Shown one piece after another: positions 11,386 through 22,873 of a DNA stretch of 64,000 nucleotides (position 1 is the stretch's first letter; every line of letters begins with the position of its first letter). The notes under the pieces were generated by a model that made no database searches, was not told where the DNA came from, and worked only from the letters and a program-made list of their open reading frames with translations. This DNA is from Guillardia theta CCMP2712 (Eukaryota; Protista; Cryptophyta): the NCBI RefSeq assembly GCF_000315625.1, contig NW_005434600.1:157755-221754 (forward strand). The letters are read 5' to 3'. Position numbers and translations under genes: made by a program.

Positions 11386-11553
11386 CCATCAGCTGTAACA
11401 ATGGGAGCAGGAGGTTGTGAAACAACATCCACAGTAGGATCCCATCAGCTGTAACAATGGGAGCAGGAGGTTGTGAAACAACATCCACAGTAGGATCCCA
11501 TCAGCTGTAACAATGGGAGCAGGAGGTTGTGAAACAACATCCACAGTAGGATC
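11386..11553. repeat. 56-bp tandem repeat x3 inside the integrase-chromodomain linker
   Basis: CCATCAGCTGTAACAATGGGAGCAGGAGGTTGTGAAACAACATCCACAGTAGGATC at 11386, 11442 and 11498. Confidence 0.95.
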
Positions 11554-13692
11554 CCCAAAGTAGTAAGGACGCAACGTGGAAACATTGTAATGGGCGTCTT
11601 TGAGCGGACGCAGCCGTAGAGGAAAAGACAAACGCACTGTACTGTCAGACGGCTTGAACAAAAGCCGATGTTCTAGTAGACTCAAATCCTTGGTAGAAAG
11701 CATAACAAAGTCACCAACATTGAAATCAGCCGATCGACGAGCCTTATTCATCTGCGCCTCACGTTTCTCAGCCGCCAAGACAAGAGCGTCGCGAGCAATG
11801 TCCAAGCTCTGTAGGAGATCATCACGAGTTTCGTCAACATCTTCATGAGCATGCTGAGGAGAGAGGTTGATCACTGTCCGCACGTCCCGTTGGTACAGGA
11901 TCTGAAATGAGGTAAGGTCAGCAGAATTTCGTACAGGAGAGTTCCATGTCTTTTTCAAGTGAACCAGATTGGTATCCCAATCCCTTTCATCATGTTTCAA
12001 ACAGAAAACGCTATTAGAACTTTCAACTCGTCCTTGACTCTGAGTAAGGCCAACACAATCGCCAAACATCCTCGCTCACGTAAGGAATAGTTCATCTGTG
12101 CCGGGTTCAATCTTTTGCTGTAGCAGCCCACAGAGAGAAATGTTTGTACGACTGGTCGTTGCATGAGAGCTGCCGCAATCGCCTTATCACTTGTATTGAC
12201 AAACAGATGAGAATGTAACTCTGGATTGAAAATTTGAAGCACTGGAGCATCCACAAACGCCTTCTTCAACTGATCTGGGGACGCTTGGCATGCCTCGTCC
12301 CACACAAACTTGACATTCTTCTTTACAATGTTGGAACTATTGTCGTTGCTGTGGGATGAGATGTTGCAGAGAGGGGTAGACGCAGAACTTGCACTTGTCC
12401 ATGCAACAATCTCCGAACTTGTGGCAGAGATCGTCACATCAGCATGTTCCCGCACTCTCTCCGCGTAATGGCTGAGGCCTTTAAACATCGGGGGAGCTGT
12501 CCGAAGCAGTGGAAGGTCAAGGCCCCCAAGATGATTGTTGTCTGCTCCATGCTGCCCTGAGGAGCGTGTCGTCCCCCCTGGGTGTGGTATTGGTTGAGAG
12601 CAATGGGCACACAACGGAGGAAGGTCATGTAGAAATTTGTCAATTGCTGTTTGCTAGAAGGTACCAAGGTTTGTACTCTCCACTACAGAAGTTGAAAAGA
12701 CCCTTGAATGGTGTTGGCTTGCGAAGGAGGAAGGCGCTGCAGGATGCTAGGAACACGTGTCTGGCAATGGGGGAGAAGAGAAAACTTGGAGGCAGCGCTT
12801 GCAATCTTGATTGGCAGGATGCGGCGAAAGAATCTTTGGAGTCATCAGACTGCACTGGCTGACAGAAAGCACCAGAACTGCTTTGACGAATGATTGGAAA
12901 TGAGTTTTCTGGTCGGATGAATCGTGTCTTCTCGGATGATCGGAGGAGGGATGATTATACATGGTTGTGAGTTGGGCAGCTCGAGGACAGGCAACTTCCA
13001 CCAAGCCTGATGTCGTAGTTGGTTCTCCAACTCGACAACCTTCAACAGGAGCGAATCCTTTGCTGCATACCATGCAAGGACAAAGGTACTGCAGGAGCAA
13101 CTTCAGCTGCTGCCTGGAGGTCTTGAATTCGCCAACGACAGCGTCATTCCACGACGCTTCGTCGCAGTCGCAGGAGTACGCTCACGCACGACACCGTCAC
13201 TCCTCAACGCCTGGTGCAAAAGTCAACTCGACGAGCCGAGTTGCGATAGCAAGGATGGCACCGCCTTGGATACTACGGCTCAGAGCCGGAAGGATACGAA
13301 AATCCGCCAGTTGCATCACCCAGGCGTCTGGTTTCAAGGCGGTCCGAAAGCACAAAAGCTGGAAATAGGCAAGGGGTGCAGGCGCAACGAGCGCGCAGAG
13401 GGCCGCTGCTTTAACTGCGGGCAGCGAGGACAAGAAGCGGCAAGAACCCGTATCATCACACGAGAGCTGGCCTCACAGGTGATGAGGATACCTACTCGCC
13501 TGCATCAGACATGGAGCCGTCCCATGACCAGCACACTAAGGCGCCGTCAAAGGACCACGGTAAGCGCCCGTACGGTAACGAGGATAGCACCAGCAGCAGG
13601 TGCTTTCAAATGAACATCAACTTCGCATCCCAGGTACGATCGCTGGCCATGTCGAAGGCACAAGAGGATGTGGAGGACAAATTCTCGCGTTG

Positions 13693-13783
13693 CTCGACAT
13701 GGGGGCAGAAGCGAGCTCGACACGGGGGCAGAAGCGAGCTCGACACGGGGGCAGAAGCGAGCTCGACATGGGGGCAGAAGCGA
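13693..13783. repeat. 23-bp tandem repeat x4 spanning the retro-protease active-site codons
   Basis: CTCGACA[T/C]GGGGGCAGAAGCGAG at 13693, 13716, 13739 and 13762. Confidence 0.95.
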
Positions 13784-14271
13784 ACATTCTCGCTCCTTCA
13801 GTCACCCGGGTGCTACGGCTGGTGCAGTTGCTCACCGCGACAGCTCCATGGTCGTTCAACGGTTCGCAACGCCTCTCGAGTGGACTTCACCATCATCGCG
13901 GGCACGGCAATAAACGCACAAGGGGACTTCCTTGTCAGTGTACTCGGCGCGCTTTACACTATGATGATCTGCTTGCACTAGACAGACGGTCGGGATGATG
14001 GTCTGCTTAGCGAACTCCGGGCGGCTTCTTTACCGTGGATGATCGCCGCGTTGGCGACAGACTGAGTCAATCTTGACATTGGTTCCGAAAGTGCTTCACA
14101 GTCGCTGCTGAATCAAGCGGTCCGAGCAGCGTCAGTGTCCGATCCGATGATCCGTCAGTCGGACTCCGGGATGATCTCCGGGACGGTGAATAATTCAGTC
14201 ACTGGAGTCCGGGCCCGGGGGCCGGCCCATCCGACACTTTTTTTGTTTTACAGATTGCGAAAGGACAGCGA

Positions 14272-14606
<335 letters not shown>

Positions 14607-14871
14607 GAAAAAGGATCAGGACAAGGAACGATTTGATCAGAAGCAAAATAAAAAGTCTCCTCTAACTCGAAATCAAAGGGCTAGTTATGATTATCAGTGC
14701 AGCAAATCACTACATTTCCAAGATTGTTCTCAGTCCGTGAGCGGTTTTCTGTCTGTTACTTTCCGACCTCTATTGCTGTTGTCATCGCCTTCTTAAACAA
14801 CAATCTCATCACCATCACCATCACCATCCAGACTTGAAGCTGTTCAGTCTCTAATCGTGTTTTCTCACAGG

Positions 14872-15402
14872 ATGAGAACCATTCTTTACTCCCCCTTCGG
14901 CAACCTGCACGCTCGATCCTGTCAGATAGACTCGGGGCCCTTCGGGAACAACTCTCATTGCTTCAACAACCTCGGGTGATGGACTTTTGAACTTCTGCCC
15001 GTCCTACATGCTCACGTTTCTCAACAGCTCTCACACTATCAAGACCGGCAAGTACTACCAGGATAGCAACAACGAGGACAGAGCGGTGGGTTGCCCTTCC
15101 TTGTGCTGTAGCAGGGTCGACGCTGACGCTCCTCCTTCTCGCCTCCTCCCATCCCCTCCTCTCTTGTGCGCCTTCCCTCTCTCTTCATCTCCTTCCTCTG
15201 GATGTCCTGCCCGTATCATCTTTCTCTTCGTTTACCTCCCTTCCTCCTCCACTGCGTTCCATCCTACCTCTCCCCCTGTCGGATCTTCACTCCTTCCTCC
15301 TCCTCTCAGGGTCTGACGGTCGGGAGCATGTGGTATGACCCGCAAACCAACGGCTCGTGGGCCAACGGCAGGAGGGGAGGGCTGGTGCAGGCGTTTCGAT
15401 GA
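14872..15402 (+). CDS. Small spliced hypothetical protein
   Basis: Three exons join in frame across GT-AG introns: MRTILYSPFGNLHARSCQIDSGPFGNNSHCFNNLG / SHTIKTGKYYQDSNNEDRA / GLTVGSMWYDPQTNGSWANGRRGGLVQAFR*. No family recognised. Confidence 0.5.
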
Positions 15403-15949
15403 AGAGCGAAGGTTGCGGACATGTGTAAATGGTGTAAGATGTTTAACAAACAGTTGAACTGTCAAGTCCTGCTCCATTCCTCTACACACCCTTTCCTACT
15501 ACTCTTCCTCCCTCTGCCTCTGTCTTGGCTCCCAACGCCCTTCTGTTGCCGTCCTCCTCCTCTCCCTCCCTCCCTCCCTCTCTCCTTCCTGCCCGTTCCC
15601 CCACCTGCTCCCTGTCCTCCACCCTCCTTCTCACTCTCCTCCCTAATCAAATCCACCCTTCCATTTCTCCCGGGGCGGCAGAGGGAGGGGGGGAGGGAGA
15701 AGAGAGCAGGGCAGAGAGCAGGGCAGAGAGGGAGGTGGTGGGGAGAGGAGAGTGCCAGTCAGAAGATGCTGGGGAGCGGAGAGGGGAGAGGGTGAAGGCC
15801 GCAGATAGGCTCAGAGAGAGAAGGAGGGAGGGAGGGAGGGAGGGAGGGAGGGAGGGAGGGATGAACATGCAAAGGCACAACGGGGGATGGTGAGGGGGAG
15901 TGGGAGGGCAAGAGGGAGGGGGAGGAGGAGGCATTGGGGTGTGGGAGGG

Positions 15950-18900
15950 AGTAGCGACTGAGCCGAGCTGCTTCCAGCATAAGCGTCGCTCTCCGCTATG
16001 GAACTCCTTGTTTGTGGTGTTGCGGCGGGTTGCCTTGGGACGTCGTTGCTGTTTGCGAGCGAGTTTGGCAAGGTGAGGAGAAAGGAGGCGAATATCTCCT
16101 GTGAGATGAAAACTTGTTGTGAACAACAAGGATGAAGTTTACCCCGATGTTCAAATGACGTTGTGATTCGAATGCATGATCAAACATGTTTGTTTATGTA
16201 TAGTTCCCTGATGTAATCCAAGATGTTCTGTTATGTATGATCTTGTACCATCATTCCCTTATATTTCCAAGAAATTATGTATGATGTGTATGTGCAATCT
16301 CGTATTATCATTCCATCACACACCCAAGATGTCATGTTGTTGTGTATATCATTTCCAGATATGATCCAAGAGTGTGACTGTTTGTTCTATCGAGCAAGAT
16401 GATGTGTTTGCTCGATGTTGACTTGTTCTTAGGGTCTTGGAGATTCCTTCTTCGCTGAGAAAACCCCGACAGGAAAACCTTCCAATGAGGTATCATGCTC
16501 AATCCCAGTCCCCCTCCTCCTACAAAATTCCTCCTCTTCTCCTTCCTCCTTCCTCCTCTCTTCGTCCTGCTACTCCTTGCTACTCCTCCTGCGTTCCTCC
16601 TCCTTCCTCCCTCCTCCCTCCCACTCCCTCAGTGCTCCTGCTTATCCTTCTTCGTGCACTTTCTCCCTCCCTGCCTTGCTCTCCAGCCCTCCCCCGCCAC
16701 CCTCTCCTTTCAACTCACCTCCCCTTCCTCACCCTTCCCCACCCCTCCTCCCCCCTCTCCGCTCCTCCTCCTTCCCCTCTCATCCCCTCTACTGCCCCTC
16801 TCCCCCTCTCCTGCCCCTCTCTTTCTCCTGCCCCTCTCCTCCCTCCCCTGTCCTCTCTTCTCCCCCTTCCCTCTCCCCTCTCCTCTCCTCTCCTCTCCTC
16901 TCCTCTCCTCTCCTCTCCCTTGCTTCGCTCATGACAGTCTCCAGTGCAAGGCGCACGAGGCTCCTATCTCAGATCTCCGGGTCCCACATGTCTTCGTTCA
17001 TAGAGAATTTCCCAAGTAGAAGAGGGAGAAAAAGTTTGTAAATTATTCATATCTTACTTGCTTCCCTGCTCCTNNNNNNNNNNNNNNNNNNNNNNNNNNN
17101 NNNNNNNNNNNNNNNNNNNNNNNNNNNNNNNNNNNNNNNNNNNNNNNNNNNNNNNNNNNNNNNNNNNNNNNNNTCCTCTTCATTCCTCTCCTCCCTCTCC
17201 TCTTCATTCCTCTCCTCTCCTCTCCTCTTGTTCCTCTCCTCTCCTCTCCTCTCCTGTTCATTCCCCTCCTCTCCTCTCCTCTTCATTCCTCTCCTCTCCT
17301 CTCCTCTTCATTCCCCTCCTCTCCTCTCCTCTCCTCTCCCCTTATTCTCTCCTCTCCCCTTATTCTCTCTTCTCCTCTCCTCTCCTCTCCTCTCCTCTTA
17401 TTCTCTCCTCTCCTCTCCTCATCGCTCCTTTCCTGCCCTGCCCTGCCCTGTCCCCCTCCTTGCTTGTTTCCTTCACACCTCATCTCTCCTTCATCACACA
17501 TAGCAAACAGTCAGTTTCTATGTTGGAACTTTCCACCATTCCTTGCTCAGCTAATCGTCAATTCAAGGTTTACCACTTTTGTTCAAATTTCATTGATTAA
17601 TCCGACATGTTCACAAGTTATCTACATCAATACATGACATGACAAAGTCCAAGATTTTCCTGAAGCTTTCTGTTGAGAATCTCGCTGACTTGTCTTGAAT
17701 TTTCTGTTCTCATAGTCAAATCACTTGCATCAGTTGCATTCTCACTCACCCGCAATATTTCCTGAGCTTTAACTTGCATCGCACTTCTAGCGATCTCTGC
17801 ATAATCTCCCGTTTGGAGATTGCTGAGACGACAAGTCAGTCTTGACATGATCTCGTTTGTAACAAATATGGCAAATTGTAAGGAAGATCATATCACCTCA
17901 AGAAGATGAAGAGGAGAAAAAGGAACTGATGATAAAACTTTCTCTCCTTCTCTTGGTCTTCATCTGAGCACAAATCACAAACTGCAGGTTAACAAGTTTT
18001 GTCCATACATGTACAGTTGGCTAGACAGGAGAACAGGATAACGTGTCCATCATTTGCCTTCATCTAAAAAGCATCACCTTCAAGCACTATGGAAACAGCA
18101 ACAACCTGGTTGACGAAGTTGTTCAATTCTCTTTCTTGTTTCTTGCTGATTGTATCATGGGGAAAGTCGTCGTGATTTGCTCCACAGAAAGCCAAAAGAA
18201 CTCTGAAGGGGAAACAAGTCAATCCAATCATCGTCGTCGTCGTCGTCATCATCATCATCATCATCTCCATCATCATCATCATCTACCTGCAAAGCTGGAC
18301 TGCAACGTCTGGTTTCTCAATCAAAACGCTCATCGCCGTCAAGACCTGAAAAGTTTTCATTCGTCAACAGCGATTTTCACAACAATGAACACAACTTTCT
18401 CACCACAACCACAAGATCTTCACTCTCCATCTTCTGCCGTATGATTGTATGCTGTGCAAACTGCACAAGAATCTCTCCCGCTAGTAGAACTTCTCTCAAG
18501 ACATGTTCACTCGCAGGGTCGACAGAACGCAACACGTCATAGAGGATGCGATGGACGTCGAGGACGAACATAGGAGGCAAGTTGGATCTGTGCTGAGCAA
18601 GTGCTGAAAGCATTTCGAGCGATCGGATCTTTGACAAGGTGCTGATGTTACTTCTTCTCAGCTTGTCAACAACGTTCTCCAGGCCAGATTGAAGACGAGG
18701 TGTATCACATGATGATGAATGAAACTGGAGATGTGTTGATTGTTACTGAGAGAATTCACTGGATGAGAAGAGATGGTGCTTACATCGTCATCGTTGATCG
18801 TGCTTCTTGTGCTGCACCTGCGTTGAGATTGTTCTGATTCTTGATGATAATGATTGTGTTGGTGATGATGATTTCGTTGCAGCTCCTCTGAATGTTGTTG

Positions 18901-19143
18901 TTGATGTTGTTGTTGATGATGATGATGAAAATGATGATGTTCTTGTTCTTCTTGTCTTTGTTGCAAAGAGTGCAGTTGCAGATGCAGGTGAGGTTGAGAG
19001 TTTGAGGAGATCTTGTACTTTCTGTCTCTGAAACTTTTTCTGCAGGTATCCTGACGAGCTTGCGATGAAATCTGAGAAGAAAAAATGAGGATGTTTGCAA
19101 AGATGGTGGTAATGATGACGATGACGATTACGATTTCGATTTC

Positions 19144-19192
<49 letters not shown>

Positions 19193-21708
19193 CGTCAGAC
19201 ACTTACAAGTTTTCTTTTCGTCTCCCTCTGCACCAGCTTTCTCCTTAAGAAGCTTTGAATTATGATGATTCCTTCCTCCCAAAGCCTCCAGCCCTGTTCA
19301 CATCAGCAGCAAACACAACAAACAGTCACAGCCAGCCAGCAAGCAAACATCTCTTACCTTGATTGATGATCGTATCTTCGTATCTTGTTCAACAACACCT
19401 TTGTCTGCATTCTCATCTTCTGTCGACATCTGATCTTGAGAGCAAGAAACAAGAGATGACGATGGGTAGCAGGACTCATGGGAGGAGTACTCGCTGTCGT
19501 CTGTTGTCTTCAGCAGGTCGCTGAAGTTGGAGTCGTCTTCACTCCAGGATAGCTCCTGGAGAGCAAAGGAGGAATGATCAGAGGAGTTGCAAGTAAGAGA
19601 TGAAGGAGGAGGGAGGAGGAGGAGGAGGGAGAGGAGATAGGTGACGGCAGTGAGGAGGAGGAGGAGGGAGGGGAGATAGGTGACGGCAGTGTAGGAGGAA
19701 GGGGAGGAATGGAGGACAGTAACAGGAGAGAGGTTTGTGTGCAAGGAAGGGCTATTATCGCATGCTCACATGATGGATCGCGTCTTCTAGCACCACACAC
19801 TCAGCAAGGACTGGCGCCCAAAGTTTCTTGGTGATGGCCGCAGGTGTGCTTGTTTGACAAGTCAACAACTCTTTCCCCCTTTGCCCGACAGAGCTTCTCT
19901 TGAACGTTTGCTCGGATATTACTTTGCCGTATGACCCAACAAACGTCTTGCGATCGCAAGTAGACATCGTGTTGCGAGCATGTCGAGGGGTTTGCGATGT
20001 TGTTGGTTTGACATCTTTCCCAACGCTTTCATCACTGACATCCCTCTTCCTTGCTCCTTCCATGACATGTTCTTCTTCTGTCTCTGCAACTTTGCGCATT
20101 ATTCTCTTCAAGATGCTGTCTGCTCTCTCAACAACTTCATGCGTCCTCTGCGCTTGCAGCGCAAGCCTGTTTGCGATGACGTCGTGCTGTAAAATCTCAC
20201 CATCTCCTGACTGTTTCCCCCCACCCCCCTCCTTCATCCTCGTTCTCCGTGAGCTATGTGCAAAGGCAGCACGGTCACCATGTTTTAGGATGGGAGGGTG
20301 GAGTGGCATTGTTGAGCTCGGTTGAATGTCACTTGTGGTGTTTGCAGCATGACTTTCTCTGCTGCTCATAACCAACAACACGCATCAGTGAACATCATCA
20401 GTACACGTGTTACGAATGTCCAACCTTGAAGTTTGATGACCATTTCTAGCTTTGGTTGGCAAAAAACGCGGCGTGTCCATTCTTTTCAACCTTCTTTGAG
20501 ATTTTCTTGGTTTCGGTTGCTTTCCCACAGGCCCCTTCACATCTGCCTCATCAACTTGTACTTGCCTCTGCCTCGTACTGAACGCAAGACAATTCAGAAA
20601 GCAAACAATGGATGACAGGACAGGACAGGACAGGACAAGGGAACATCAGTTATGTGAATACAAGGAACGACTCTGTGCACAGATAACATGCAGTCATGAA
20701 CCTTGCAGGAAGTTTCGATGCCTCATCTCTCTGCGAATACCAACGGAGATCAGAGAATCATCAGTCAGAAGAAATCACCCACGTTATCAACAACCTTGAG
20801 GTTCAGAGCTGAGCGCCAAGAAAGAGTTAAAGGTGCAAACATGTCAAGACACATGTCAAGACAAGCTGAACTCACCTCCTGTTGTTGGGATTCGCGTGAG
20901 GGATCGAGAAGTTGGGGGACGTTGAACAAGATTGCGATGGCTGGGTGACAGCTGACGAGCAGATTGTGGGCGAATCGAATTTTCTGCATGCTGAAAGAAA
21001 CGTGTCAAGGATGGCTTGTAAATGTCTGTGAGATGCAAGACAGAACCATGAAAAAAGAGAGCACAGCGAAGTCTGATCAAGTATAACAACAAAGGGAAAT
21101 TTGTCTCTCCTCCTCGCCTCCTCCTCCTTCCCCTCTCCTCTCCTCTCCTCTCCTCTCCTCTCCTCCTTCCCCTCTCCTCTCCTCTCGTCTCCTCTCGTCT
21201 CCTCTCCTCTCATCACTCCCACACCCACCTTGACTGGCACACCATCCTTGCTCTTGGACACCTCAACGCCTCTCTTCGCCATCTTGGGCGCAAGCACAGC
21301 CCTGCTGCTTGTCATATAACTCTGTATCAGCTCCACAACCTCCTCCACGTTGGGGAAATGGTTCTTTTCGAGCTTGCTGAAGACACTGATCGGACTAAGG
21401 AACGTCTCTCCCCTTGCGACCAGCGCCAGTTGGACTTCGAACGAGCTCCTCCTCGGATACCCTGCTGAGCAGAGCACGGGTCCGTAAGATATCCTCCGCA
21501 AGATTGCTGAAGTACAGACGGGGAGAGGGCCTGTGTTTTCAAGGACGATCACCCTTGGGAAGGAGACTTCAAGGGTCCTGGCGAGCTGGTAGCTGATCCT
21601 CTCATACAGCGCGTCCTCTCCCGAAGTATCCCGCTCGATGAACACGACGGTAGCATGCTCCTGCTCGGCCGATAGTTGCATGCCGGCGGAGAGGAGCTCA
21701 GGGGTCAT
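15950..21708 (-). CDS. Multi-exon hypothetical protein(s): N-terminal Rdx (SelW/SelT-like) fold lacking CxxC/U, low-complexity middle, ARM/HEAT-like helical region
   Basis: Exon 21227-21708 has VVFIE...LEVSFPRVIVLEN...PRRSSFEVQL...VFSKLEKNHFPNVEEVVELI. Exon ~18440-18700 is helical (KIRSLEMLSALAQHRSNLPPMFVLDVHRILYDVL). Could be more than one gene; spans an assembly gap. Confidence 0.5.
17074..17173. other. Assembly gap (100 N)
   Basis: N run. Confidence 1.
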
Positions 21709-22641
21709 GGAGGTGCAACCTCGTCATGGGCTGTAAGTTTGCGATGGTGGAAACTAAGACTGACGCCATGTCTGACATGATTTGTTGTTGTGCACCTGAG
21801 GATAGGGTTAGCTGCACCTCCTCCTGTCTCCCTTGTCCCTTCGCCATGCCTGCTCTGTTTGCCTTCTCTTACTCCTTCATCCCTCTCTCCTCCTCCTCCT
21901 CCACTCCCTCACCGTCGCCATGGCCGTTGATTCCCGTTGACCTGCTGGACCCGTTCATGACTGATGGTCTGAGGGGGGATGAGGTTATGTTAGAGTCGTT
22001 TAATTAACTGAGAGTCACTACTCTGCTGGTAACCCACAACACCATCCTTGCGGCAGGCCATGGTGCTGCCACTGAACTTGTCAAGTGACAGTGAACGGAC
22101 TCCCGGATGGAACGGATCCCGTGACATGTATGGAAGTGCAGGCACAAGTTGATCATGTGGATTGGGAGAAGAGCGACATGTTGATTTGAAAGATAGAAAG
22201 ATAATACAAGAATGCCTACAGTACGCTGCGGGATGTAGACCTGCAACAGAACTTGAAGTGAATACGGTGATGATGATGATGATGGTGATGGTGATGGTGA
22301 TGGTGATGATGAACAAGAAGATGGTGGTGATGATGGTGGTGGCGGAGGAGGAGGACTCGAGATGGGCCGAGGGCGGAAGAGGAGGGGAGAGGGAGGAAGG
22401 CGAGAAAGGTAGGAGAGGTCACCGGATACTCCGCACTGGAGCTCTAGCTGACTTGTTGCTCCTCCTACATCCAGAGACTCAGCTGGAAAAAGAGATGGAT
22501 GGATGGAGGGAGGGAGGGAGGGAGGGAGGGAGGGAGGGAGGGAGGGAGGGAGGGAGGGAGGGAGGGAGGGAGGGGCTGACCTTGACCCATCATCAGCTGG
22601 AGGATTCACCTGGCCAGGCTCAGAGGTCAAACTTCTCCAGC

Positions 22642-22776
22642 TCAGACTCCAGCAGAGGCAGAGCAGCTCACCACCGGCGCGTAGATGTCAAGGCGAGATC
22701 GGACTATGGGAGGCCCTCCACCGTAGATGGAGAAGAAGATGTCCCAAACCTGCGGAGATGATGATGATGATGATGC

Positions 22777-22873
<97 letters not shown>

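Larger units (their letters stand above)
11085..14000. mobile_element. Degenerate, rearranged Ty3/gypsy (chromovirus-like) LTR retrotransposon relic
   Basis: (+) RT N-terminus 11090-11310 (IDLREGAQPVQSKPYPIP...SSSVIFVKKKD). (-) chromodomain remnant ~11320-11395 (DFYEVKKTLRRRGKGI*VTW). (-) integrase C-terminus 11560-12000 (FNVGDFVMLST, YNVSTLRPY). (-) RT-thumb/RNase H 12040-12330 (FVWDEACQ...APVLQIFNP...YSKRLNPAQMNYSLRE). (+) gag Zn-knuckle ~13400 (CFNCGQRG). (+) aspartic protease ~13690 (ALLD[T/M]GA). Confidence 0.9.

Noticed and set aside
21709-21730. In-frame TGA-CGA-GGT-TGC (UxxC) upstream of the Rdx-like ORF, suggesting a selenoprotein
   Set aside because: It is not at the Rdx CxxU position, an in-frame TAG lies shortly upstream with no ATG between, and no SECIS was identified.
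21950-22620. Separate small minus-strand gene between USP and the Rdx-like gene
   Set aside because: Short ORFs without recognisable motifs or a convincing start; could be UTR.
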